From the NCBI GenBank assembly GCA_963666215.2, contig CAXWPL010000004.1, positions 288,001-352,000 on the forward strand: a stretch of 64,000 nucleotides of DNA, written 5' to 3'. This DNA comes from Acidobacteriota bacterium (lineage in GTDB: Bacteria > Acidobacteriota > UBA890 > WLXD01). The notes beneath the pieces are model-generated. The model was given only the letters and a program-made list of their open reading frames with translations, made no database searches and had not been told where the DNA came from. This document shows, piece after piece, positions 1 to 8,679 of the stretch. The position numbers and the translations under genes were made by a program. How positions within the stretch are numbered: the first letter of the stretch is position 1; each line of letters starts with the position of its first letter.

Positions 1-24
1 CCACGGGTTGTCACGGCTGCTATC

Positions 25-190
25 ATGCATCGTAAGTAGGTCATCATTGGGACGGTGGTCAATGGCGAGCTCGAGTTCCGAGCCGGCAAGCTGTACGACG
101 CAGATCGAGTAGCGATCTTCGAAAGTAATGCCGCAGAGCCGTTCTGTCTGACCCCGGGTAGGAGCTGGAATCTTAGGAAAATAGGAACCC
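25..190 (+). pseudogene. Probable antitoxin-like small gene remnant
   Basis: ATG at 25 is followed by an early TAG, then VIIGTVVNGELEF...RVAIFESNAAEPFCLTP, which resembles small addiction-module antitoxins (recalled pattern G.V.NG.I...F.LTP). No intact ORF. Confidence 0.3.
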
Positions 191-614
191 CGTCAGGGAC
201 GTCTCCCTACGGTGAGCGCCTCGTCGCGGCGCAGAGAGCTCTCGGCAAGCAGGGAGCCCTCGCCAGCGCGCGGTGCCCCAGCGCCGGCTACAGCGGCGCG
301 AATCACCGTCGTCGAGTTGCGGAGCGCCTCACAGGCGCCCAACGCCTTCGCCATGGGAACCGACCGGGCTATCAGCCCGATCCGAGAATCCCTCCGAAGG
401 CCGAGCCCCTGACGAGTAGCCAAAACACCATGCTTCAGAACCCAACGATTGGCTCAGGCCCAGAAGATTGCGGCGACTTCCTGTTCAGGAGAACGCTGCC
501 CACGAGTTGTGACCACGTCGGTCACAGAACGCGCGGAGAGATTCCGCGCACGTCAAGCAGGTCGGCAGGTACGCGTCATCGTGGCTCCGACTCGCAAAAC
601 AACGGAGTACAGAG

Positions 615-821
615 ATGCGTATCAAGGGAACCGTAAAGTGGTTTAACGACCAGAAGGGTTTCGGATTCATCACGCCTGAGGACGGCAGCAAGGACTGCTT
701 CGTCCACCAGAGCGCCATCAAGGCCGAGGGCTTCAGAACCCTCGCCGAAGGCGCCCAGGTTGAGTTCGAGGTCGTGCAGGGCGCCAAAGGCCCGGCCGCT
801 GAGAACGTCGTTACACTCTAG
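615..821 (+). CDS. cspA: Cold-shock protein (CSD)
   Basis: 68 aa with GTVKWFN, RNP1 KGFGFI and RNP2-like CFVHQSAI; GGAG RBS upstream. The paralogue name is approximate. Confidence 0.95.
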   Translation: MRIKGTVKWFNDQKGFGFITPEDGSKDCFVHQSAIKAEGFRTLAEGAQVEFEVVQGAKGPAAENVVTL

Positions 822-870
822 GTCTCGCGATCTAGTGGTCTAGATCTCGAGTAGATCTAGACGGAGTTGG

Positions 871-905
871 CGGGCCGTCCCAAGTAATCGGGGCGGCCCG
901 TTCTT
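871..905 (+). terminator. Intrinsic terminator after csp
   Basis: Stem-loop CGGGCCGTCCC...GGGGCGGCCCG followed by TTCTT. Confidence 0.7.
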
Positions 906-989
906 CGTGAGTGGCGCGACACACCCGGCAGCGCTCGCGATACCGTGGCGGCCTGCGGAGTCTCTTCTGCACGGCGCTGAGATAACTGA

Positions 990-1264
990 TCCCCAACAAG
1001 GACAGCTTCGGGACGCTGTTGGCGCGCGCGGCGCCCGACTGCTCCCTCGACATGCGGTACCAGCACATGAGTAACGACGGCGTTCTGAAGACGGGCGAGT
1101 GCCGCTCGCTTCCCGAGGTTCTGGCCGACGGTCGCCTGCGAGTGCACGAAAGCTGGCAATGGACCTTGGGCACCGGCGGCTCGGGCACCTCGGTCATCGA
1201 GGAGATTCGCGAGGCCGACGAGCCGAAACACCCTCGCCGACACGATCCGAGCCGCAAGGAGTAA
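990..1264 (+). pseudogene. 5'-truncated conserved hypothetical gene (small family often labelled n-acetylglutamate synthase)
   Basis: SLDMRYQH...TGECRSLPEVLADGRLRVHESWQWT...GTSVIEEI matches the C-terminal half of that family. An in-frame stop lies just upstream and the N-terminal half is absent. Confidence 0.55.
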
Positions 1265-1269
1265 CCACC

Positions 1270-1669
1270 ATGCAGGGTGCATACGCCGACGTGAACGTCC
1301 CGGCGCGAGGCTGGCTGCGAGTCGAGGCGCTCGTGATCTTCGGCGCCTGCCTGGCCCTCTACGGCTGGCTCGGCGGCGGCTGGACGCAGTTCGCGCTGCT
1401 TTTTCTGGTTCCTGATATCTCGTTCACCGGGTATCTGGCAGGCAGCCGCGCAGGCGCGCTCGTCTACAACGCCTTCCATACGTATGCGGCTACCGGCTGT
1501 CATCGTCATCGCAAGCTGGTTCGTCGGTGGCGCACTCGTTTATGCCGTGATCTGGACCGCTCACATCGCCTTCGACCGAGCGCTCGGATACGGCCTCAAG
1601 CTCCCAGCCAGCTTCCACCACACGCATCTGGGGCGCATCGGGCGACCTGGCAACCAAGAGGACTCGTAG
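1270..1669 (+). pseudogene. DUF4260 family membrane protein, frameshifted
   Basis: LRVE...LFLVPDIS..GYLAG..GA.VYNAFHTY continues in another frame near 1490 as IWTAHIAFDRALGYGLK...HTHLG. Confidence 0.8.
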
Positions 1670-1723
1670 GTTGACCACCCCAGACGGGCAGGCCCTCTTG
1701 ATGCATCTCGAGCGCGTTTAGGC

Positions 1724-2554
1724 GTGTTGCCGCGACTCATCGGCGTAACAGCGGTGTTGCTGGCCGCGTACGTCGCGTATCTCAGCCTCCTGTTCGTCGT
1801 TCAGCGGCGGGTGATGTACCCGGGAGCGCAGGCCACACCTCGGTCGGCATCTCCGGAAGCGATTCGGCACGGAGTCGAGTCTCTCTGGCTGTCGACATCG
1901 AGCGGCGAAGTGGAGGCTTGGTACCTACCAGCTGCGTCGACGGTGGAACGCGGCCCGGCCGCCGTCGTCTTCCACGGCAACGCCGAGCTAGCGCTCGACT
2001 CCGCCGCTGTCCTGGCGCACCTGAGCGAGCTCGGGGTTGCCGCACTGTACGTCGAGTACCCGGGATACGGACGTTCCGCCGGCAGCCCCTCGGAGAATTC
2101 GATCGTCGATGCCGCGACGGTGGGGTACGACTGGTTGGTGGCGCGGCCCGACGTCGACTCGGAACGCGTGTTCGCGCTCGGGCGTAGCCTCGGCGCCGGG
2201 GTGGCCGCAGGCCTGGCGCAACACCGGCCAGTGGCGGCGTTGGTGTTGTGGTCGCCGTTCGTGAGCGTCGGCTATCTGGCGCTGCGCAGCTACGGTGCAC
2301 CGCCGTTTCTGGCCCGCGATCGCTACGATACGCGTCGGGTCTTGTCGACTTTCGGCCGCCCTGTGCTGATCTTCCACGGCAACCGCGACCAGGTCATCCC
2401 CTACCACCACGCGACTGTTCTGGCGGCCGCTGGCAAAGCCGCCACGCTTGTCAGCTGGGACTGCGGCCACAACGATTGCCCGCCATCGTGGCGTGAGCTA
2501 TGGGATCCGTTGACCAGCTTTCTTCAGGCGAATCGACTCCTCGGTCACCGGTGA
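1724..2554 (+). CDS. Alpha/beta hydrolase with N-terminal membrane anchor
   Basis: FHGNAE, EYPGYG, nucleophile motif GRSLG, HG.RD.VIP and GHND. Confidence 0.9.
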   Translation: MLPRLIGVTAVLLAAYVAYLSLLFVVQRRVMYPGAQATPRSASPEAIRHGVESLWLSTSSGEVEAWYLPAASTVERGPAAVVFHGNAELALDSAAVLAHLSELGVAALYVEYPGYGRSAGSPSENSIVDAATVGYDWLVARPDVDSERVFALGRSLGAGVAAGLAQHRPVAALVLWSPFVSVGYLALRSYGAPPFLARDRYDTRRVLSTFGRPVLIFHGNRDQVIPYHHATVLAAAGKAATLVSWDCGHNDCPPSWRELWDPLTSFLQANRLLGHR

Positions 2555-2905
2555 TGAAGTGAAGCCAGAACGGGCCGCAGAAGTCGCACCGGCCGAAGCT
2601 CGGCGACGGTCTCGCAGCGCCGCTGCATCGTCGACTTCGGGTCGGCGCGCGCTCGTGGAGGCGAGAGAGAGGATCGCCTTTCAGTGCTGCCCACCACGAG
2701 CTGTTTGTGAGCGTCGATCTGAGGGAGAATGCCGGCTGGTACCCGTCCTTCCTCGGACCAGGCTTCGAGCGCTCCCGTACGTTCCCTACAGGAAGCAAGA
2801 GACGAGATACGCCGCCAGTGGCGAGTCCGCGGGAGTCGGTGCGACGCGCATCGACCTCGTCCTCGGCCGCTCCTCGAACTGACCCTAGCCGCGAAAGACC
2901 ACGCC

Positions 2906-5900
2906 ATGACCAAGCTGATCTCGAAAGCGGGAGCCGTCCTGCTGACGCTCTCTGCGATCTCACTTCCGACCCAAGCCGCGGCCCAAGCGGCGGACGGCGA
3001 CCCTATCGAGCACGCGCTCTCCGGCTTGCCCCTGCGTGGCATCGGCCCTGCGCTGATGGGCGGGCGTATTGCCGACATCGCGGTGAATCCAAATGATCGC
3101 AGCACGTGGTTTGTCGCGGTGGGCTCTGGCGGCCTGTGGAAGACGACAAACGCCGGCACTACATGGACCCCCGTGTTCGATGAGCAGCCGACCTACTCGA
3201 TCGGCGTCGTCACGCTCGACCCGAGCAACCCCGACATCGTCTGGGTTGGCACCGGCGAGAACGTCAGCGGCCGCCACGTTGGCTGGGGCTCGGGCGTCTA
3301 CCGCAGCCGCGACGCCGGCGCGACCTGGGAGCAGATGGGGCTCGAGGCGTCGGAGCACATCGGCAAGATCCTCGTCGATCCTCGCGACGGTGACGTGGTG
3401 CTGGTAGCCGCAGAGGGGCCACTCTGGTCGTCGGGCGGTGAGCGCGGCGTATATAGGACCATTGACGGCGGCGACTCCTGGGAGGCGGTGCTCGAGATCG
3501 ACGAGAACACCGGCGTCACCGATATCGAGTTCGACCCGACCAACCCCGACACGGTCTATGCCGCGGCCTACCAGCGCCGCCGCCACATCTGGGCGCTCCT
3601 CGGTGGAGGCCCCCAATCGGGGATCTACAAATCGACCGACGGGGGCGACACCTGGCGCCACATCGAGCGCGGCCTGCCGCGGGGCGACATGGGCAAGATC
3701 GGGCTCGCGGTCACGCTGGCCGATCCTGAACTGGTGTACGCGACCGTCGAGGCCGACGACGAGGAGCGGGGCTTCTACCGCTCGCGCGACAAGGGCGAGA
3801 GCTGGGAGCGCCGCGACTCCTACATCTCGGGCGGCACCGGCCCGCACTACTACCAGGAAATTGAGGCCTCGCCGCACGATCCCGATCTGATCTACCAGAT
3901 GGACGTCTTCTTTCACGTCACGCGTGACGGCGGCGCCACTTTCGATTTTCTCGGCACCGGGCGCGAGAAGCACAGCGACAACCACGCGCTGTGGATCGAC
4001 CCTGAGGACAAGAGCGGCAGGCACCTGATCGCCGGCACCGACGCCGGCCTCTACGAGACGTTCGACGAGGGCACCACCTGGAAATACTTCCCCAACCTAC
4101 CGATCTCGCAGTTCTACAAGGTTGCGCTGAGCAACTCCGAGCCGTTCTACGACATCCTGGGTGGCGCCCAAGATCTCGGCACGCTGCACGGACCGTCCCG
4201 CACAACGAACATCGAGGGCGTGCGTAACCGCGACTGGTATGTGCCCATGGGAGCGGACGGGTATGGCGTCGCCATCGACCCCACAGACCCGCACATCCTC
4301 TACCTCATGACCCAGCAGGGAGACCTGTCACGCGTCGACCGACGGAGCCAGGAAGCGCTGAGCATCCGACCGATGCCGGCTCCGGGTGAGCCGCCGGAGC
4401 GCTGGAACTGGGACTCGCCGCTGCTGATCAGTCCGCACGACTCGAATCGTCTGTACTTCGGCTCGCAGCGCGTGTGGCGCAGCGACAACCGCGGGAATTC
4501 GTGGACGGCGCTGAGCGGCGACCTAACCACCAACCGCAACCGTTACGAGCTCGACTTCATGGGCCGCGTCTGGAGCGTCGACTCGCTGTACGACAACGGC
4601 GCCATGTCGAAGTACGCAACGCTCACCGCGATCTCGGAGTCACCGGTAACGGAAGGGGTTCTCTACACGGGCAGCGACGACGGCAGGATCCACGCCAGTC
4701 GCGACGGCGGGCAGAGCTGGGCCACCGCCGCCGAGCTCCCTGACGTCCCCGATCTGTCGTTCGTCGGCGACGTCGAAGCTTCGCAGCACGATGATGCCAC
4801 CGTCTTCACCGTGGCCGACGCGCACAAAACCGGCGACTTTTCGCCCTACGTCTTCGAAAGCAGCGACAGCGGTGCGTCATGGCGGTCGATTGCCGGCGAT
4901 CTTCCCGACGGCACCATCGTTTGGGCGATCCAGCAGGACCACGTCGACGCCGATCTGCTCTTCCTCGCCACCGAGTACGGCATCTACTTCACTCCGAACG
5001 GTGGAACGAACTGGCACATGCTCTCGGCAGGAGCACCCACGATCGCCTTCCGCGACATCAAGCTGCACCGGCGCGACAACGACATCGTTGGAGCGACCTT
5101 CGGGCGCGGGTTCTACATCCTCGACGACTACTCGCCACTGCGCGAGATCGCCAACGGCGTGCTCGACGGGGATGGTGGCCTACTGCCCGTGCGCGACGCT
5201 TGGTGGTACGTGCCATCGGTGCCATCGCAAGCGGCTGGGAGACCCACGCGCGGTAGCACCGCATTCGTGGCACCCAACCCCGATTTCGGTGCAACGTTCA
5301 CGTACTACCTCGCCGAGGCACCGCGAACGGCGCGGGACGAGCGTCGGGAGCACGAGAAGGAGTTGCGCATTCGGGGCGAGGACGCTCCGTTCCCTGGCTT
5401 CGAAGTGCTGCGCGAGGAAGCCGTCGAAGGTGAGCCGAAGGTGTTGCTGCTGGTTCGCGACGCGCAAGGCGAGCCGGTTCGCTGGGTCGAGGGTCCAGCG
5501 CTCGCGGGCATACACCGAGTGAGCTGGGATCTGCGCCGCCCGGCGCCCAACCCGATCAACTTCAGTACACCCGGATTCTCACCCCCGTGGGTGACAGCTC
5601 CGCGCGGCCCGCTGGTTGCGCCCGGAGTGTACGAAGCCGAGTTGTTCGTGGTCTCGAGCAGCGGAGCAAGGAGCGTCGGAGAAGCGCAGACCTTCGAGGT
5701 CAAGCCGGTGCCCACGGCCCCCGGCACGGATTTCGTAGCGGTCGCCGCCTTCCAACAGGAAACGAGCGAGCTCATGCGACGGATATCGGGCGCCGGCGCC
5801 GAAATGGGTCGTGCCCGCGATCGCCTGCGGCACATGCGCGCCGCGCTCGTGCAAACGCCGCGCGCCGATCCGTCGCTTTACGCTCGAGTCGACGGACTGG

Positions 5901-6196
5901 TCGGACGTCTCGCGGCTCTGAATATGGAGCTCTCGGGCGACCCGGCTCGCCAGCGACTCGACGAGGCGACCTCGCCAGCAATCCGAGGTCTCGTGGGCTC
6001 GGTGATCGGCGGCCACTGGGGCACTCGACAGACCCCGACCGCCGCTCAACGCGCCAGTATCCAGATCGCCACCACAGCGTTCGCCGATCTGAGCCAAAGA
6101 CTGGCCGGGCTGCTCGATACCGACCTCGTCGCCCTCGAGCAGGATCTCGAGGCAGCCGGGGCGCCCTGGACGCCGGGCCGGAAGTTGTCGCAATAG
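2906..6196 (+). CDS. Secreted BNR/VPS10 (sortilin-like) beta-propeller glycosyl hydrolase-like protein
   Basis: Signal peptide MTKLISKAGAVLLTL; LRGIGPALMGGRIADI; many Asp-box repeats (S.DGG.TW, SRDKGESW, SDNRGNSW). Confidence 0.9.
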   Translation: MTKLISKAGAVLLTLSAISLPTQAAAQAADGDPIEHALSGLPLRGIGPALMGGRIADIAVNPNDRSTWFVAVGSGGLWKTTNAGTTWTPVFDEQPTYSIGVVTLDPSNPDIVWVGTGENVSGRHVGWGSGVYRSRDAGATWEQMGLEASEHIGKILVDPRDGDVVLVAAEGPLWSSGGERGVYRTIDGGDSWEAVLEIDENTGVTDIEFDPTNPDTVYAAAYQRRRHIWALLGGGPQSGIYKSTDGGDTWRHIERGLPRGDMGKIGLAVTLADPELVYATVEADDEERGFYRSRDKGESWERRDSYISGGTGPHYYQEIEASPHDPDLIYQMDVFFHVTRDGGATFDFLGTGREKHSDNHALWIDPEDKSGRHLIAGTDAGLYETFDEGTTWKYFPNLPISQFYKVALSNSEPFYDILGGAQDLGTLHGPSRTTNIEGVRNRDWYVPMGADGYGVAIDPTDPHILYLMTQQGDLSRVDRRSQEALSIRPMPAPGEPPERWNWDSPLLISPHDSNRLYFGSQRVWRSDNRGNSWTALSGDLTTNRNRYELDFMGRVWSVDSLYDNGAMSKYATLTAISESPVTEGVLYTGSDDGRIHASRDGGQSWATAAELPDVPDLSFVGDVEASQHDDATVFTVADAHKTGDFSPYVFESSDSGASWRSIAGDLPDGTIVWAIQQDHVDADLLFLATEYGIYFTPNGGTNWHMLSAGAPTIAFRDIKLHRRDNDIVGATFGRGFYILDDYSPLREIANGVLDGDGGLLPVRDAWWYVPSVPSQAAGRPTRGSTAFVAPNPDFGATFTYYLAEAPRTARDERREHEKELRIRGEDAPFPGFEVLREEAVEGEPKVLLLVRDAQGEPVRWVEGPALAGIHRVSWDLRRPAPNPINFSTPGFSPPWVTAPRGPLVAPGVYEAELFVVSSSGARSVGEAQTFEVKPVPTAPGTDFVAVAAFQQETSELMRRISGAGAEMGRARDRLRHMRAALVQTPRADPSLYARVDGLVGRLAALNMELSGDPARQRLDEATSPAIRGLVGSVIGGHWGTRQTPTAAQRASIQIATTAFADLSQRLAGLLDTDLVALEQDLEAAGAPWTPGRKLSQ

Positions 6197-6433
6197 TCGG
6201 CGCCAGCGCCAGGATCGCGCGCCCCGGAAGCGGGCGACCCGAAACCACCGAAAATCGCCTGCCACGCAACACGGAGCGCGGGCCGTGAGGGTCGGGCGAC
6301 GTGCGCAACCACAACGTCCGCAGCGACCAGAATACGGGACTCTCGCTCCGCGAATAGGATCCGTCAGCACCAGAGAATCGCCTCGACCGTCGATGCACGA
6401 CGGCGTCCGGGATGCACGGGAGGTCAGCTCCTT

Positions 6434-8508
6434 TTGAGAGTCTTCACGGCACGGATCAGGCGGCTGTTCGGCTCCGACGAGGCCGAGATCGTCCTCATCG
6501 GCTCGTCGATTGTCGTGGGCGTGGCGGCGGGGCTTGCGGCGGTCGTGTTTCGTTTCCTGATCTCCGCCGTGGAGCACGGCGGTTACGCGCTCGTACCTCG
6601 CTTGACGTCTGACTTCGGGCGTCTCTACGTCGTCCTGGTACCCATCGTCGGCGGCCTGTTGGTGGGCTGGCTGGTGACGTCATTCGCCCCGGAGGCCAAG
6701 GGACACGGCGTCCCCGAGGTGATGGAGGCGGTGGCGCGGCGCGGTGGACGGATTCGCCCTGCGGTCGTCCTGGTCAAGTCGCTAGCCTCGTCGATATGCA
6801 TCGGCAGCGGCGGGTCGGGCGGGCGCGAGGGCCCGATCGTGCAGATCGGGGCGGCACTGGGCTCGTTCGTTGGCCAGAAAATGCGGCTCTCCCAGGCGCG
6901 AATATCCAACCTCGTGGCCTGCGGCGCCGCGGCCGGAATCGCCGCCACCTTCAACGCCCCTATAGCCGGAGTGATCTTCGCCCTCGAGGTGATTCTCGAC
7001 GGACGGTTCGGCGTTCGCTACTTCAGCTCCGTGGTCATCGCCGCAGTGGCTGCGAGCGTCATCGGGCGGGTCGGGGTTCGGTGATACTCCGGCGTTCCAC
7101 ATCCCCTTCGAGTACGGCATCAACAGCCTTTGGGAGCTGGCGCTGTAACCGATTCTCGGCCTTGTGGCTGCTGTAGCGGGCGTCGCATTCGTGCGCGTGC
7201 TCTATCGCGCTGAAGACCTGTTCGATGGTTGGCGTGGAGTGCCTGCAGCTCTGAAGCCAGCCATAGGTGGCGCGTTGCTCGGCCTGGTCGCTCTCGCATA
7301 CCCGTCGCTGACCGGAGTGCGATGGGAGCGTGTACCGCACGTCTTCAATGTGGGCTACGACGTCATCGAACAGTCACTGGCCAGCGAGCTGTCGCTGATG
7401 ATTCTGCTCACGCTGTTCGTCCTGAAGATGCTGGCCACGAGCCTGACACTCGGATCCGGCGGCTCGGGCGGTGTGTTCGCTCCCTCGCTATTCATGGGAG
7501 CGATGCTGGGTGGGGCGTTCGCGCTCGTTGCCGAATCGCTGTTCCCCAGCGTGCCAGCCCCGGCTGGTGCCTACGCTCTCGTGGGCATGGCGGCGATGTT
7601 CGCTGCCTGCGCGCACGCGCCCATAACCGCGATCATCATCCTGTTCGAGCTCACCGGCGACTACCGGATCATGTTGCCGCTGATGCTCACGACGGTGGTG
7701 GCGACGCTCGCCGCGAGGAAGATGCTCGGCGGGGAGTCAATCTACAGCCTCAAGCTCGCGCGCCGCGGCGGACAGCTGAGCCGCGGCCGTGATGCGGCCT
7801 TGCTCGCCGGCGTCAGCGTTTCCGAAATCATGGCCCACGATGTGGCATCGGTGCCATCGGATGTGCCGATTGGCGAGCTCGGCGAGCACTTCCGGCGACG
7901 GCGGAAGACCGGGCTCCTCGTCCACGGCCAGCCCGGGGTGCTTGCCGGCGTGGTGACTCTCTCCGATCTCGAGAAGGCACTCGAGCGCGGTGATCCGGCC
8001 ACGGCGGCAGCAGGCTCGATCGCGACACAGCTCGAGGATCTGGAGATCGTGAACCCAGACGACACCATGGGCACGGCGCTAGCCAGGATGGCGGCTCGGG
8101 GGGGTCGGCCGACTGCCCGTCGTCGAGCGAGGCGGCAGCCCGCGAATCCTCGGCGTCGTGCGCCGCGCCGACGCCATCCGCGCCTATCAGCTGGCGTCGG
8201 CACGCCAGGCAGAAGCGAAAGGCGATTGGGAAGACTCGGGCAGGGCTCGACACGGTGACGCGGCCCACTTCGTGGACCTCCGACTCGCCACCGATGACGC
8301 TGCCGCCGGACGATCGGTTCGCGATGTCGCGCCGGGGCTGCCGCCCGATTCGCTCCTTGTGGCGATCAGTCGAGACAGCGAGTTGATCATCCCGCGCGGT
8401 GACACCGTCCTGGCGGATGGTGACCGTCTGACCGCATTCGTGCGACGAGAGCACGCCGAAGCACTGATCCGTGCTTTCAAAGAAGGTCCGGAGAAAGAGC
8501 AGCGCTGA
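6434..8508 (+). pseudogene. clcA: ClC chloride channel with CBS pair and TrkA-C domain, disrupted
   Basis: GHGVPE, GREGP, FNAPIAG and GGVFAPS motifs. Frameshift near 7070, in-frame TAA at 7145-7147 and a frameshift in a G run near 8098-8105. C-terminal IIPRGDTVL.DGD (TrkA-C). Confidence 0.85.
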
Positions 8509-8679
8509 GCCCGCAGCTCGTCGGGCAGCTGCGGCTAAGTTCGTCGCCTGGTTGCCGAACTGCGCCGTCGAGTCGACAGCAAGTACGACTTGACCCAGAC
8601 AGGAGTCGCGCCCCTCGAGCCATTCCTCGCAAGGCTGTAGCGGCGTTCTGTCAAGCCTTCGAGTTGTGGGTTTCCGCTG

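Noticed and set aside
193-430. Minus-strand ABC-permease C-terminal remnant
   Set aside because: The similarity is weak and spread over several frames.
6197-6433. Fluoride riboswitch upstream of the ClC gene
   Set aside because: No GGCGATGG...GCTGATG-type consensus was found; only a generic GC hairpin.
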